A stretch of 64,000 nt of DNA from Candidatus Babeliales bacterium (GTDB taxonomy: Bacteria > Babelota > Babeliae > Babelales > Vermiphilaceae). Both the position numbers and the translations under genes were made by a program. The notes beneath the pieces are model-generated. The model had not been told where the DNA came from and made no database searches. It saw only the letters and a program-made list of their open reading frames with translations. Positions 53,392 through 62,762 of the stretch are shown here, piece by piece; position 1 is the first letter of the stretch, and every line of letters starts with the position of its first letter. The stretch covers positions 64,001-128,000 of the forward strand of contig CAVUQO010000003.1 of the NCBI GenBank assembly GCA_963743635.1. The letters run 5' to 3'.

Positions 53392-54502
53392 TTATAACGC
53401 GCATGTTTTAACGATAAGATATGCAATCGGCAGTGCGAGCAAGGTGTGAAAAACAATCGGATATCTTGAATCCATTCTTTTTTATTTTTCTTTTCCATAT
53501 TTTGCAGAACATGAGCTTGTCCGTAGTCAGGTCGATTGCATGAAGAATCTCATCAAGAGGAAGTTCATCAATATGTTCATAAAGATCAAGAATGGTGCTC
53601 ATTTCGGTGGTAATGATTTGTTCCGATTCATGGCTTAATTTCACCAACAATAAATCTTTATATACCGTAAAAGCATCATAAGCATTTCTTTTAAAAAATG
53701 GGAATCGCCTGCGTGTCTAAACCGGATAAGTTCTTGCCACATGTGTGCAAGCGGTTCAAGATTTTTTTTAATCAGTATTTGATTAAAGCAGTGATTAATG
53801 CGTTCATGAGAAAAATTTACTCCTGCATCACAGTTGTTAAAATCAATGGCGTTTTTTGCGGTGACTTGGAAATGGATCTCGAATGAGTGCAAGGAGTTGC
53901 ATTGCTTTATCAAGCCGCTGAATAAGATAATAATTGAGTGCGACATCATCGGTAGTTAGCTGTTCGTGATCGAGAAACCTCTGTTTAAAAACCTCCTTGG
54001 TTTTCGTGCGCAGGCGCATCTATCGATATTTTTATCGAATCAGGCCGAGCATTTCTTCTATGTGAGAAGGAGGAGGGGTGATGGGCAATTCTTCTCTATC
54101 GAAAATAGGATCTGTTTTATGATGCGCTGGTTTTTCAACCGATTTATAAACATAAAAAGCAGCTTGATGAAATCTTTGTGAAACACCGGGTCGTTTATAT
54201 GCCGATGCGTATTCATCTGGATGCCACAAATCTAGAAAGGGTTCTATGGTGCGATTTTTTGATTGCCTGGATGTGTTCTTTTATTACCGCATTTTCAATG
54301 TATTGAGTGGAAAGCTTATTGAAGTTAATATGTTTCCATAAGGCGGTATTATGTATATAGGTGCGTCGGCTCTTCGCATGCGTTTAATGAGGTAGTAGCG
54401 ATAATACACTTCACGCGTAAATGGATTAATCAGTTTTTCATCGAATTCGAAATCCATAACACTGCTACTGATACATACCGCGCCAATCAAAAGTAATCTC
54501 AT
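53392..54502 (-). CDS. Paralogous two-repeat hypothetical protein, broken by multiple frameshifts
   Basis: Fragments YRYYLIKRM, NYYLIQRLDKAM, EPLAHMWQE, ILHAIDLTT and C-terminal YPIVFHTLLALPIAYLIVK in successive frames. Confidence 0.5.
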
Positions 54503-54577
54503 ACCTCAGTCCCCTTCTTTTAAGCTACCTTATAAAAGGTATAGCACAGACGAGGTACGATTTGATATTATCTAGAG

Positions 54578-55324
54578 TTATGGACGAGCTATAATTATGA
54601 TAGCAGGCTTGGATGATTCTTTTTCGTATTGCAGCTGTTTGTATATCAATAAGCCGTAATTTTTTTGAATTTTTTTGCGAAGGGATTCGACTTCTTGGTC
54701 TTTTGTCTCTTTTGTATCTATGGTGAATGCATTAACTTCAGCTTGAACCTTATGGAGCAGTGGAGTAACAATGCAGACCTCTTCTTTTTTCTGTCTTTCG
54801 ATGAATGCAAGCAGCGCATGACCGAGTCCAAGGCGTAATTCATGAGCGAGTGGCGCTAATTCTTCATCACCAGCCGTTTCTTTATCAAAATTATTAACTT
54901 CATCTCTCAGGCTCGATAAGTTTTCAATTTGCTGATTTTTGCTCAGTAGATTGCGAGCATCTCGTTCATCAGTCGGCTCATTGAGAGTCGCTATTAGTTT
55001 TTGTGCTATCACGCTTCCGACACCCTGCATTGCCCCTTGAAAAACGCCTTGCACCGCTCCTTCAGCAGCAGCCTTTGCAAGAATTCCGGCAGCATTAACA
55101 ACGGGATTGTCGCTTACTGTTTGAGCCGTGAAGGTTGGTTGCTGGTGCGTGTGATACGTATTTTGTCCCGTGCTGTGCATAAAAACGTGTGGCGTATGAA
55201 CATTGGTTTCACCAGAACTGATATTGGTGCCTTGCTGTATCGGCCTTGGTGTTTCACCTTCCATAGCAAACATTGTTGCATTGATTGAAATAAGCGCCAC
55301 GATAAGACATTGTTTTTTGAACAT
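54578..55324 (-). CDS. Secreted hypothetical protein
   Basis: Signal peptide ...INATMFA|MEG; glycine-zipper-like segment (AAEGAVQGVFQGAMQG). Confidence 0.7.
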   Translation of the reverse strand: MFKKQCLIVALISINATMFAMEGETPRPIQQGTNISSGETNVHTPHVFMHSTGQNTYHTHQQPTFTAQTVSDNPVVNAAGILAKAAAEGAVQGVFQGAMQGVGSVIAQKLIATLNEPTDERDARNLLSKNQQIENLSSLRDEVNNFDKETAGDEELAPLAHELRLGLGHALLAFIERQKKEEVCIVTPLLHKVQAEVNAFTIDTKETKDQEVESLRKKIQKNYGLLIYKQLQYEKESSKPAIIIIARP

Positions 55325-55437
55325 AAGAAACCTTCTAGGAAGTAATACTGCAGAGTACGCATGTTTTTTACTATTTTATCGTGGCTTAGTGTATAGTTTT
55401 GGCGCGAAGAATGCAAAATATAATGGCTATATCAGTC

Positions 55438-55935
55438 TTATTCGATGGCTATCTCGCCAACCAAGATCTCAGCAGCTTCTTTCTTTCCAAAAGCAGCTTC
55501 AAGAAGTTCCCGTTCTTTTGCGAGCATGACCTTATATTCAGAATCCTTCATATGATCATAGCCAAGCAAATGGCAGATGCCATGCACCAGGAGGCGGCGC
55601 ATGCGGCGCTCAAAAGTAATTCCTAAACGCTCCGCATCTTTTTTTACATACGCAGCGGAAATGATTAGATCGCCCAAATTTTCATCCTCAGGTTCTTTGA
55701 CCTTGATGCGTTTACCCGCCTTGAGCGTGTCATGGTAGGGGAATGAGAGAATATCGGTTGGTTTATCTTTGTGCCGATAATCCCGATTATATTTTTGAAT
55801 CGTGGTGTTCGTAGTGATCCAAATCCCGAGATCAAAATCTTCATAATCTAGCGCAGTGAGGAACTTCTGCGCATCTTTTTTAAGCTGCGCAGCATCGATC
55901 TTAATGCTGCGTTGGGTGTTTTTAATCTGTATCAT
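55438..55935 (-). CDS. ybeY: rRNA maturation endoribonuclease YbeY
   Basis: NRDYRHKDKPTDILSFP, LGDLIIS, HGICHLLGYDH. Confidence 0.96.
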   Translation of the reverse strand: MIQIKNTQRSIKIDAAQLKKDAQKFLTALDYEDFDLGIWITTNTTIQKYNRDYRHKDKPTDILSFPYHDTLKAGKRIKVKEPEDENLGDLIISAAYVKKDAERLGITFERRMRRLLVHGICHLLGYDHMKDSEYKVMLAKERELLEAAFGKKEAAEILVGEIAIE

Positions 55936-56006
55936 AACGTGAACTCAATGTAAGTAACCTAATATTAAATGGTGATTTCATCATGAAATAAGTAAAATCC
56001 TCTCCT

Positions 56007-56224
56007 CCGTTCGTCTCGAGTGTTTCTATTCCTACGCGCAGCGTAGGAGAGAAATGTGCGAGAGATTTTAAATCAGATAATTCATATTTTAGTATGAAAT
56101 GCTTGGAAATTTTATGAGGAATATTATTTATCCACAATCTCTCGCACATTTCTCTCCCTTCGTCCTTCATTCCTTCGCTAAGCTCAGGATCAGGACTCGT
56201 GATAGAAACACTCGAGACGAACGG
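56007..56224. repeat. REPIN-like element with 23-bp outer and 22-bp inner perfect inverted repeats
   Basis: 56007-56029 pairs with 56202-56224; 56046-56067 pairs with 56136-56157. Confidence 0.85.
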
Positions 56225-56274
56225 GATAAGGAATAATTCTTTATCTATTAAGTTCGTAGATCGAGTTTTCGTTA

Positions 56275-58758
56275 TCATACTTTAGCCTGCGCTTCACTCA
56301 CCGCAACATGTGCGCGCCATAATTCACCAATTTGCTCAATAGAGTTCGCGTCACGCTTAGTTGTTACATAGGAGATGGTTTGTGCGCGGGTTGATCCCTT
56401 GATAAGTTGTTCATGTTTTTTGAGTTGTTCATGTAATGCAGGAGAACCATAGATTACGAGCGAGCTCAAATCAGCCTTGAGTGAAAGTTGCTGTTCGGTT
56501 TTGAGTTTGCGTACGGTGCCGATAATGTCGATAAACTGACGCATGGTGTTCGCACTGTCCGGGTATTGCGCGGTCTGCACGCCAAAACGTGTTTGATGCA
56601 AGGAGTTAACCTCAAAACTCTTTCGGTATAACTCTTGATAAATCGTTTCCGTTACAAATGGCAAGTATGGCGCATAAAGTTGCAGAATGCGTAAGCCAAC
56701 GGTGTAAAGCGTGTAGCGCGTTGCTTCCACTTCCTCTTTGCTATAAAGATCAGGATTGAATAATTGATCTTTGACGATCTCAAGATAATTGTCGCAGAAA
56801 TCATTCCAGAAGAACTGTTCAACGCTATTGAGCGCTAAACTGAATTCGTCATTTGCAAAATATGATTCGTACGCCGCGAAAGTTTTCGCTGCAGAATCAA
56901 TGATCCATTCATTGCATACACCAAGCTTCTCAGGAGCTTTAGTTTTTGGCTCATAGAGCGCGATATGATCTTTGGTGAATATGAATGCATTCCACAGCTT
57001 TGTAATGAGGCGGTGGCCAAGTTTGAGTTGTTGCTCGGAGAATGCAGTGTCTTGCCCTAACGTGCCCGATGCTGCCCAAAAGCGTATTGCGTCAGCGGAG
57101 TGCTGAGCGAGTAGCTCTTCCGGAGTGACTGCTTTTTGGCCTTTTGATTTTGATAATTTTTCTTTGTTATCACTCAGCACGTGACCAGTAACCACAATGT
57201 TGTGCCATGGAGTGGTATCGTTATGCATCCATGCTTTAATGATGGTGTAGAATCCCCAGGTACGAATAATATCATGACCTTGTGGACGCATGCCCATTGG
57301 CAAAAATTCTGCAATGCGCGGATCAGTAAACGGTGATTTCATATCATCGTAAAAATATGATGCGCAAATATACGGCGTCAGTGATGAAGTGTTCCATGTA
57401 TCCATGACGTCAGTATCTGGAGCTATATCGCTACTCTTGCATTCAGGGCAGGTTTTGCCGGGATATGCGGTTTCTTGCGGATCGATTGGCAATTGGCTTT
57501 CATCAGCGAGTAGAATTGCTTTGCATTGTTTGCAATGCCACGCCGGAAATGGAATGCCAAAGAATCGTTGGCGTGAAAGACCCCAATCCCATCCAATATT
57601 TTCAACCCAGTTTTTATATCGAGATTTCATGAATCCAGGATGCCAGGTAATTTGATCGGCGAGTTCAAGGAGTTTTTTCTTATGATCCATAATATTTAAG
57701 AACCATTGCGGCACTTCAATATATTCGATTTCTTTTTTGCAGCGTTCATGAACGTTTACTGAATGTTTAATCGGGCGTTGGCGAATCAGTAAATTCTTTG
57801 CTTTGAGTACTTCAAGAATGAGTGCGCGTGCAGCTTCAACTTTTAGTCCGGCTAAAATGCCAGTATTATCGGCCCATTTGCCATAAGGCAAAATCGATTC
57901 TTTGTACGGCAGTGTATATTTCTTGTACCATTCAATATCGGTCTTATCGCCAAAAGTGCAGCACATTACAAGGCCCGTTCCCTTTTCAGGATCAACTGCC
58001 TCATCAGCAAATACCGGCACTTCATATTCAAAAATAGGCACTATTGCCTTGGTATTTTTTAAGTATTGATAACGCACGTCATCCGGATGATAAAAGAGCG
58101 CAACGCAGGATGAAAGTAGTTCTGGACGGGTGGTGCCGATTAATAAATCGTTGCCTTTATGATCTTTAAAGACGATATCATTAAAGAAGGAATCTTTTTC
58201 CATATCATCAAGTTCAGCTTGCGCAACGGATGTTTGGCAGGTGGTGCAAAAGAGCGCAGGTTCTTGTTTGCGATAGATGAATCCCTTTTTATAGAGACGG
58301 ATAAATGATTCTTGGGAGATAGCGCGAACACGATCAGATATCGTTGAGTAACATCGATTCCAATCGGGGGAAAGGCCCATGCGCTGCCATAATGCCTTGA
58401 ACTGCTCTTCTGCCTCATGAGTTTCTGCAAGGCAAAGTTTGATAAATTCAGAGCGTGAAAATTGATGAGCGCTCTTTTGAATTTTTTTCTCAACGTACCG
58501 TTCAGTCGGCAGGCCGTTATCATCAAAACCACATGAATAATAGACAGAAAAACCGCTCATGCGTTTGTAGCGAACGATAACATCAGTTTGGCTATACGAG
58601 AAGATATGCCCAATATGAAGTGATCCAGATACCGTTGGAGGTGGCGCGTCAACGCTATAAAGTGGTCCTGGGTTATTTTCGGCTGTATAAGTTTGTTCTC
58701 GTTCCCAGAGGGCTTGCGCTTTTTCCTGGGCAATCGTGTGTTCGTATCGTTTATCCAT
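56275..58758 (-). CDS. valS: Valyl-tRNA synthetase (short, type 2-like)
   Basis: PPPTVSGSLHIGH, GTGLVMCCTFGD, DWGLSRQR, DVMDTW, PQGHDIIRTW, KLSKS. Confidence 0.96.
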   Translation of the reverse strand: MDKRYEHTIAQEKAQALWEREQTYTAENNPGPLYSVDAPPPTVSGSLHIGHIFSYSQTDVIVRYKRMSGFSVYYSCGFDDNGLPTERYVEKKIQKSAHQFSRSEFIKLCLAETHEAEEQFKALWQRMGLSPDWNRCYSTISDRVRAISQESFIRLYKKGFIYRKQEPALFCTTCQTSVAQAELDDMEKDSFFNDIVFKDHKGNDLLIGTTRPELLSSCVALFYHPDDVRYQYLKNTKAIVPIFEYEVPVFADEAVDPEKGTGLVMCCTFGDKTDIEWYKKYTLPYKESILPYGKWADNTGILAGLKVEAARALILEVLKAKNLLIRQRPIKHSVNVHERCKKEIEYIEVPQWFLNIMDHKKKLLELADQITWHPGFMKSRYKNWVENIGWDWGLSRQRFFGIPFPAWHCKQCKAILLADESQLPIDPQETAYPGKTCPECKSSDIAPDTDVMDTWNTSSLTPYICASYFYDDMKSPFTDPRIAEFLPMGMRPQGHDIIRTWGFYTIIKAWMHNDTTPWHNIVVTGHVLSDNKEKLSKSKGQKAVTPEELLAQHSADAIRFWAASGTLGQDTAFSEQQLKLGHRLITKLWNAFIFTKDHIALYEPKTKAPEKLGVCNEWIIDSAAKTFAAYESYFANDEFSLALNSVEQFFWNDFCDNYLEIVKDQLFNPDLYSKEEVEATRYTLYTVGLRILQLYAPYLPFVTETIYQELYRKSFEVNSLHQTRFGVQTAQYPDSANTMRQFIDIIGTVRKLKTEQQLSLKADLSSLVIYGSPALHEQLKKHEQLIKGSTRAQTISYVTTKRDANSIEQIGELWRAHVAVSEAQAKV

Positions 58759-58979
58759 GGATATATACTCAAAAATAGTCTTTAAATAGGCCTTATTAGT
58801 GTTCAGTGTAACACATGTAATTCTAGGGTCAAAAAGGGGATCGATGACTTGCCCTGCCTAAGGGTTTTGGCCGTCTATAGCTGGCCAATACGGTTTTTTT
58901 ATCTTTTAGGTCTGGTATACTAGAGGTTATAAGTTAATTTTTTTGTTAAATGTATCCTTTTTTAAAGTATGAGGTCGCG

Positions 58980-59720
58980 ATGAAACGTATCTATTTTTCA
59001 GGTTTGTTTATGGTATGCGGTATTGCGCTAGCGGTTGGGTTAAGTAATAAGGTAACGCAAAAAGTAACGCAATCGGTACAATCGGTACATGCTATTTCTG
59101 AAACGGAAACAAGTACCACTGAGTATCCATTTTCTGCCAACGGAACATTGAATGTTAATAATACCAATGGTTCAATTACTATCGAAAAGCATGATGCAGA
59201 TACGCTTGTTATAGAAAGTGTAAAGACGACGCATATAGGACATCTGAATGATATCGAAATTAAGATTTCAGTCATTAATGATGTTGCCACCATAGAAACA
59301 ATCGAGAAAAATCCACATTTAAAAGAAATCTGTACGCATGGGGCATCTGTGGATTATGTAATTAAGGTTCCTGCAAACACCATCGTACGTGCGAACAATG
59401 TGAATGGTTCTATCTCGAGCACAGGTATTAAAAACATTACTGCGCATACCGTCAATGGTTCAATCGATACTGATAACGTTGAACAAGCTCAATTAGAAAC
59501 AATATCGGGTGAAGTTTCAGCATCATTTTCGGGATCAGTGAAAGAAAGTTCTTTAAAATCAATCAATGGCAGCGTTAACGTTTCATTGCCTGCTTCATAT
59601 CAAGGATCAGTTGCTGCGAGTGCCATCAATGGCGCAGTGCATTCAGATTTCCCACGCGCTTGCAATGCGCAAGTTAATCTTGAAACTACTAATGGCAGTA
59701 TTCAGGCTATAAGAAGTTAA
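58980..59720 (+). CDS. DUF4097/adhesin-like beta-solenoid protein
   Basis: Repeated (T/V/I)NGSI motifs; N-terminal signal/anchor; SD GAGG. Confidence 0.8.
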   Translation: MKRIYFSGLFMVCGIALAVGLSNKVTQKVTQSVQSVHAISETETSTTEYPFSANGTLNVNNTNGSITIEKHDADTLVIESVKTTHIGHLNDIEIKISVINDVATIETIEKNPHLKEICTHGASVDYVIKVPANTIVRANNVNGSISSTGIKNITAHTVNGSIDTDNVEQAQLETISGEVSASFSGSVKESSLKSINGSVNVSLPASYQGSVAASAINGAVHSDFPRACNAQVNLETTNGSIQAIRS

Positions 59721-59779
59721 GTAGTTAAGTATTGAGATTTTTTGGCCCTCTGATTTGTAAAAATCAGGGGGTTTTTGTA
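59523..59779 (+). repeat. ~255-bp direct repeat, copy 1 (DUF4097 3' end plus terminator)
   Basis: Matches ~61090-61348; near-identical in the 3' ~170 bp. Confidence 0.9.
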
Positions 59780-59884
59780 TACGAAGTTCTGTGAGCCAAA
59801 TTTAAAAAGTGCTTAAAAAAAGATAAACTTCCTTCAATGAATCAGTAAGAAGCAAAGGAAGGAAGCAGGAATGATAGGACTTTA

Positions 59885-60883
59885 TTATGTCTTTTCATCA
59901 GATTCTGTCTTGGATACCTCATCATTCTGTTCATTCTTATTTTCTAATGCAAGACGACGAGCTTTAAGGCGCTCTGCACGGAAGTAAGGACTCGGGTGTT
60001 CGTCATGCAAATATAAAAGTTCTGTAAGCTGAGGGTATTTTTCCCAGAATGTATAAGGAATAAGAGATGTAAACGGTCTCTGATACCAAGGGAATGCAGA
60101 AGGATAATGTTTAAGCATTACCATTGTAGTATCGTGTAATTCTCTGTGTGTTTTTTCACTGGCTTCTAATAATTCAGCATCGTTGGGGATTGCATCATCG
60201 GCACGCATTTCATCATATTTAGAATATAATGTCGTTGCCATGGTATGGGCCAAATACATACCTGCTCCTACGAGCGTGGCAGCGCAACATTGTAGAAAAT
60301 TATTTTTGGGCATAGAAAGCATTATTTTAATTGCTGCAGCGTTGGTTATGAGGCTGCTTGCAAGTATGGCATTTGGTTTATTGCTTGATGAGTTATTTTT
60401 CATATGTCCAAGTTCATGATGGAATGTTGCTTTTAACCAATTTATTCGATCTTTATCGACTGTGTTATCTGGATTCATCGAATCTAAAAGCGTTTCGTAA
60501 TATTTTTTCTTAATGAGAACCAGGTTTAAGTCTGTAAATGTCCCCATAACATCCATTTTTTCTGATGGAAGGATAGTGATGTTCTTTAATCCGTGATGTT
60601 TATCTGCCAAGTCTTTTAAATGGCTTTGTAATGCAGGTTCATAGTCTTTGACGTCAGAGGCAAGTTCAACATCGTGGAGTTTTCCGCTGTTGTCATTTTT
60701 CTTAACATCATATGGTCGCAGACATATTTCAGGGCACAATTTTCTTAGAGCGTATTGCGCAGCGGTGATAGCCATTGCTGCCATCGGCAGTATAGTTGGA
60801 TCAAAGGTTATGCTCTTCGCGGGGACGGTTTGCCCCAAAAATGCTCCTGCAAGCAGGAATGAGAATATTTTATTCATTTTCAT
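59885..60883 (-). CDS. M48-like zinc metallopeptidase with signal peptide
   Basis: FHHELGH (HExxH), DEMRADD, EHPSPYFRA. Confidence 0.75.
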   Translation of the reverse strand: MKMNKIFSFLLAGAFLGQTVPAKSITFDPTILPMAAMAITAAQYALRKLCPEICLRPYDVKKNDNSGKLHDVELASDVKDYEPALQSHLKDLADKHHGLKNITILPSEKMDVMGTFTDLNLVLIKKKYYETLLDSMNPDNTVDKDRINWLKATFHHELGHMKNNSSSNKPNAILASSLITNAAAIKIMLSMPKNNFLQCCAATLVGAGMYLAHTMATTLYSKYDEMRADDAIPNDAELLEASEKTHRELHDTTMVMLKHYPSAFPWYQRPFTSLIPYTFWEKYPQLTELLYLHDEHPSPYFRAERLKARRLALENKNEQNDEVSKTESDEKT

Positions 60884-61089
60884 GGTTATTTACCTTAATG
60901 AGACTTTAAATAGCCTATTTGAGCTCTATATCATACTAAAAGTATACCATGTGTTTCCCAGGTAGAAAAATGCCCCATAAAGAGAGCTTCTAGGAGCGCT
61001 TATCGTATTTTTTGAACCTGGGGTGGGGCGATTAAAAAATGGAATTACAGCCAAGAAGGTGTTTTATAGGTTAAAATTAAATGATAATT

Positions 61090-61348
61090 ATCCTATTCGG
61101 GATTAGTAAAACAGAGTTCTTTAAAATTAATTAACGGCAGTATTAACATTTCACTGCCTGCTTTATACCAAGGATCAGTTGCTGCGAGTGCCATAAATGG
61201 CGCAGTGCATTCAGATTTCCCACGCGCTTGCAATGCGCAAGTTAATCTTGAAACTACTAATGGCAGTATTCAGGCTATAAGAAGTTAAGTAGTTAAGTAC
61301 TGAGATTTTTTGGCCCTCTGATTTGTAAAAATCAGGGGGGTTTTTATA
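61090..61348 (+). pseudogene. Duplicated 3' fragment of the DUF4097 gene plus terminator (repeat copy 2)
   Basis: Same ...GSVAASAINGAVHSDFPRACNAQVNLETTNGSIQAIRS* coding tail, without a start. Confidence 0.8.
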
Positions 61349-61471
61349 TGTTTTTTCCCAATTGTGCCGCTTGCAGTAAGAATAATTTAGGCCGGCGATA
61401 GCTATTGCCCAAAGATTGGATCAAAAAGGATTATGCTGGGTTGTTGATCAATGTAGAGTAAGGGTAAGAGA

Positions 61472-61966
61472 TTATTTCAGGATTGTTTTTATCGTATTGT
61501 AGATTTCTATATGGTCGAGATAAAGATGTTCGTTTTTAACTATAACATATAGATGTTTTTCTATATCGCATTGATTATTGAGATTATTGAATTCTTTTTT
61601 ATATTGTTCGATGTGATTTTTCAAATTCACATCAGTTTTAATTTTTGCGAGTAAAGGCTTTGCTTGCTGAAGCCAAGCAGGCATCACCTTGTTAGCTTCT
61701 GTTATAGATTTTTCTGCTTGAATGGCCCAACCTTGCACTTTTCCAGCTGTTTTTGTGTCCATTGCCGATTTATCTTCGCTATTCCTGTGCATCACCTTGT
61801 CAGCTTCATCTACAGCTTTATCAGTATCACGAGCTGTATTCTTCCCGTGAGTATGAATTATGCCTTGTATGATGGCTGTAGTTATAAAAACTTTATCCAT
61901 GGCGCATGCTACACTGCCAAGCGTCAGGCCTAACGATGCAATTACTGATAACAATTTGTGATTCAT
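61472..61966 (-). CDS. Secreted hypothetical protein
   Basis: Signal peptide ...GSVACA|MDK; SD AAGGAG. Confidence 0.7.
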   Translation of the reverse strand: MNHKLLSVIASLGLTLGSVACAMDKVFITTAIIQGIIHTHGKNTARDTDKAVDEADKVMHRNSEDKSAMDTKTAGKVQGWAIQAEKSITEANKVMPAWLQQAKPLLAKIKTDVNLKNHIEQYKKEFNNLNNQCDIEKHLYVIVKNEHLYLDHIEIYNTIKTILK

Positions 61967-62296
61967 AGCGACTCCTTATGTTGGCCTTAAATTATAGTTA
62001 ATAAATTGTATTTTCTTATTTTCAGTATATAAGAAATAATAAAAATTTTGAATATGGACGTTAAGAAAAAGGCCAATAAATGGGGGTTTTAGTGGAATGG
62101 CCGGCTGTTTTTAGGGGCGGATGTTGAGCGTGCTAAATCAGCCGTAGCCTTGTCGAGGATACATAAGGAGTAGTTCAGGCTTGTAAAGGGGGCGAAGGCT
62201 GAATCAAACGTTAGTCTGGATCAAAAAGGCTAGTCGCGGGGGGTGATTAATACAGGGTAAAAACAGGTATTTAAAGAGCTCATAAGTCCCATTTTA

Positions 62297-62325
62297 TTGC
62301 GGTTTTTCCACATTTGTGGTATTAT
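62297..62325 (+). promoter_or_regulatory. Putative sigma70 promoter for the NTT leader
   Basis: TTGCGG-17 nt-TATTAT with extended -10 TG. Confidence 0.55.
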
Positions 62326-62762
62326 AGGGATGTAGGTGGTCATCCTTGTGCGATTAACCATCATTCTTTGACTCGAAACTGGAACAGGCTATTTGAATAA
62401 GCCAGGGCGCATTCCCATCAGGGGAAATGTTCGGTCCCTGAGCTTCATTCTTATAAAAATAGGTTTGCGTCATGAGTTTATCAAATCCTTAAAAGATCTT
62501 TGTGATTATGTGGAAATCACTTCGTTTCTTATCTTTTGGAATCAAAACAACTTCCCTCTTATAAAGAGGCAATAGCATGACTGAGAAAACCTTGGCTTAG
62601 TCCGGGAATTCGAGCGTGCGTTTCTTTATAGTAAGTAATTAATGATACACATATTGATAATCTATTATCAGTGTGCGTAAAGTTAATTGTGCCGATCTTT
62701 CTGACGATATTTTACGTTCAGAAGGACCGGATGTTTTGTAATTTCATTATGAAAGGATTCAT

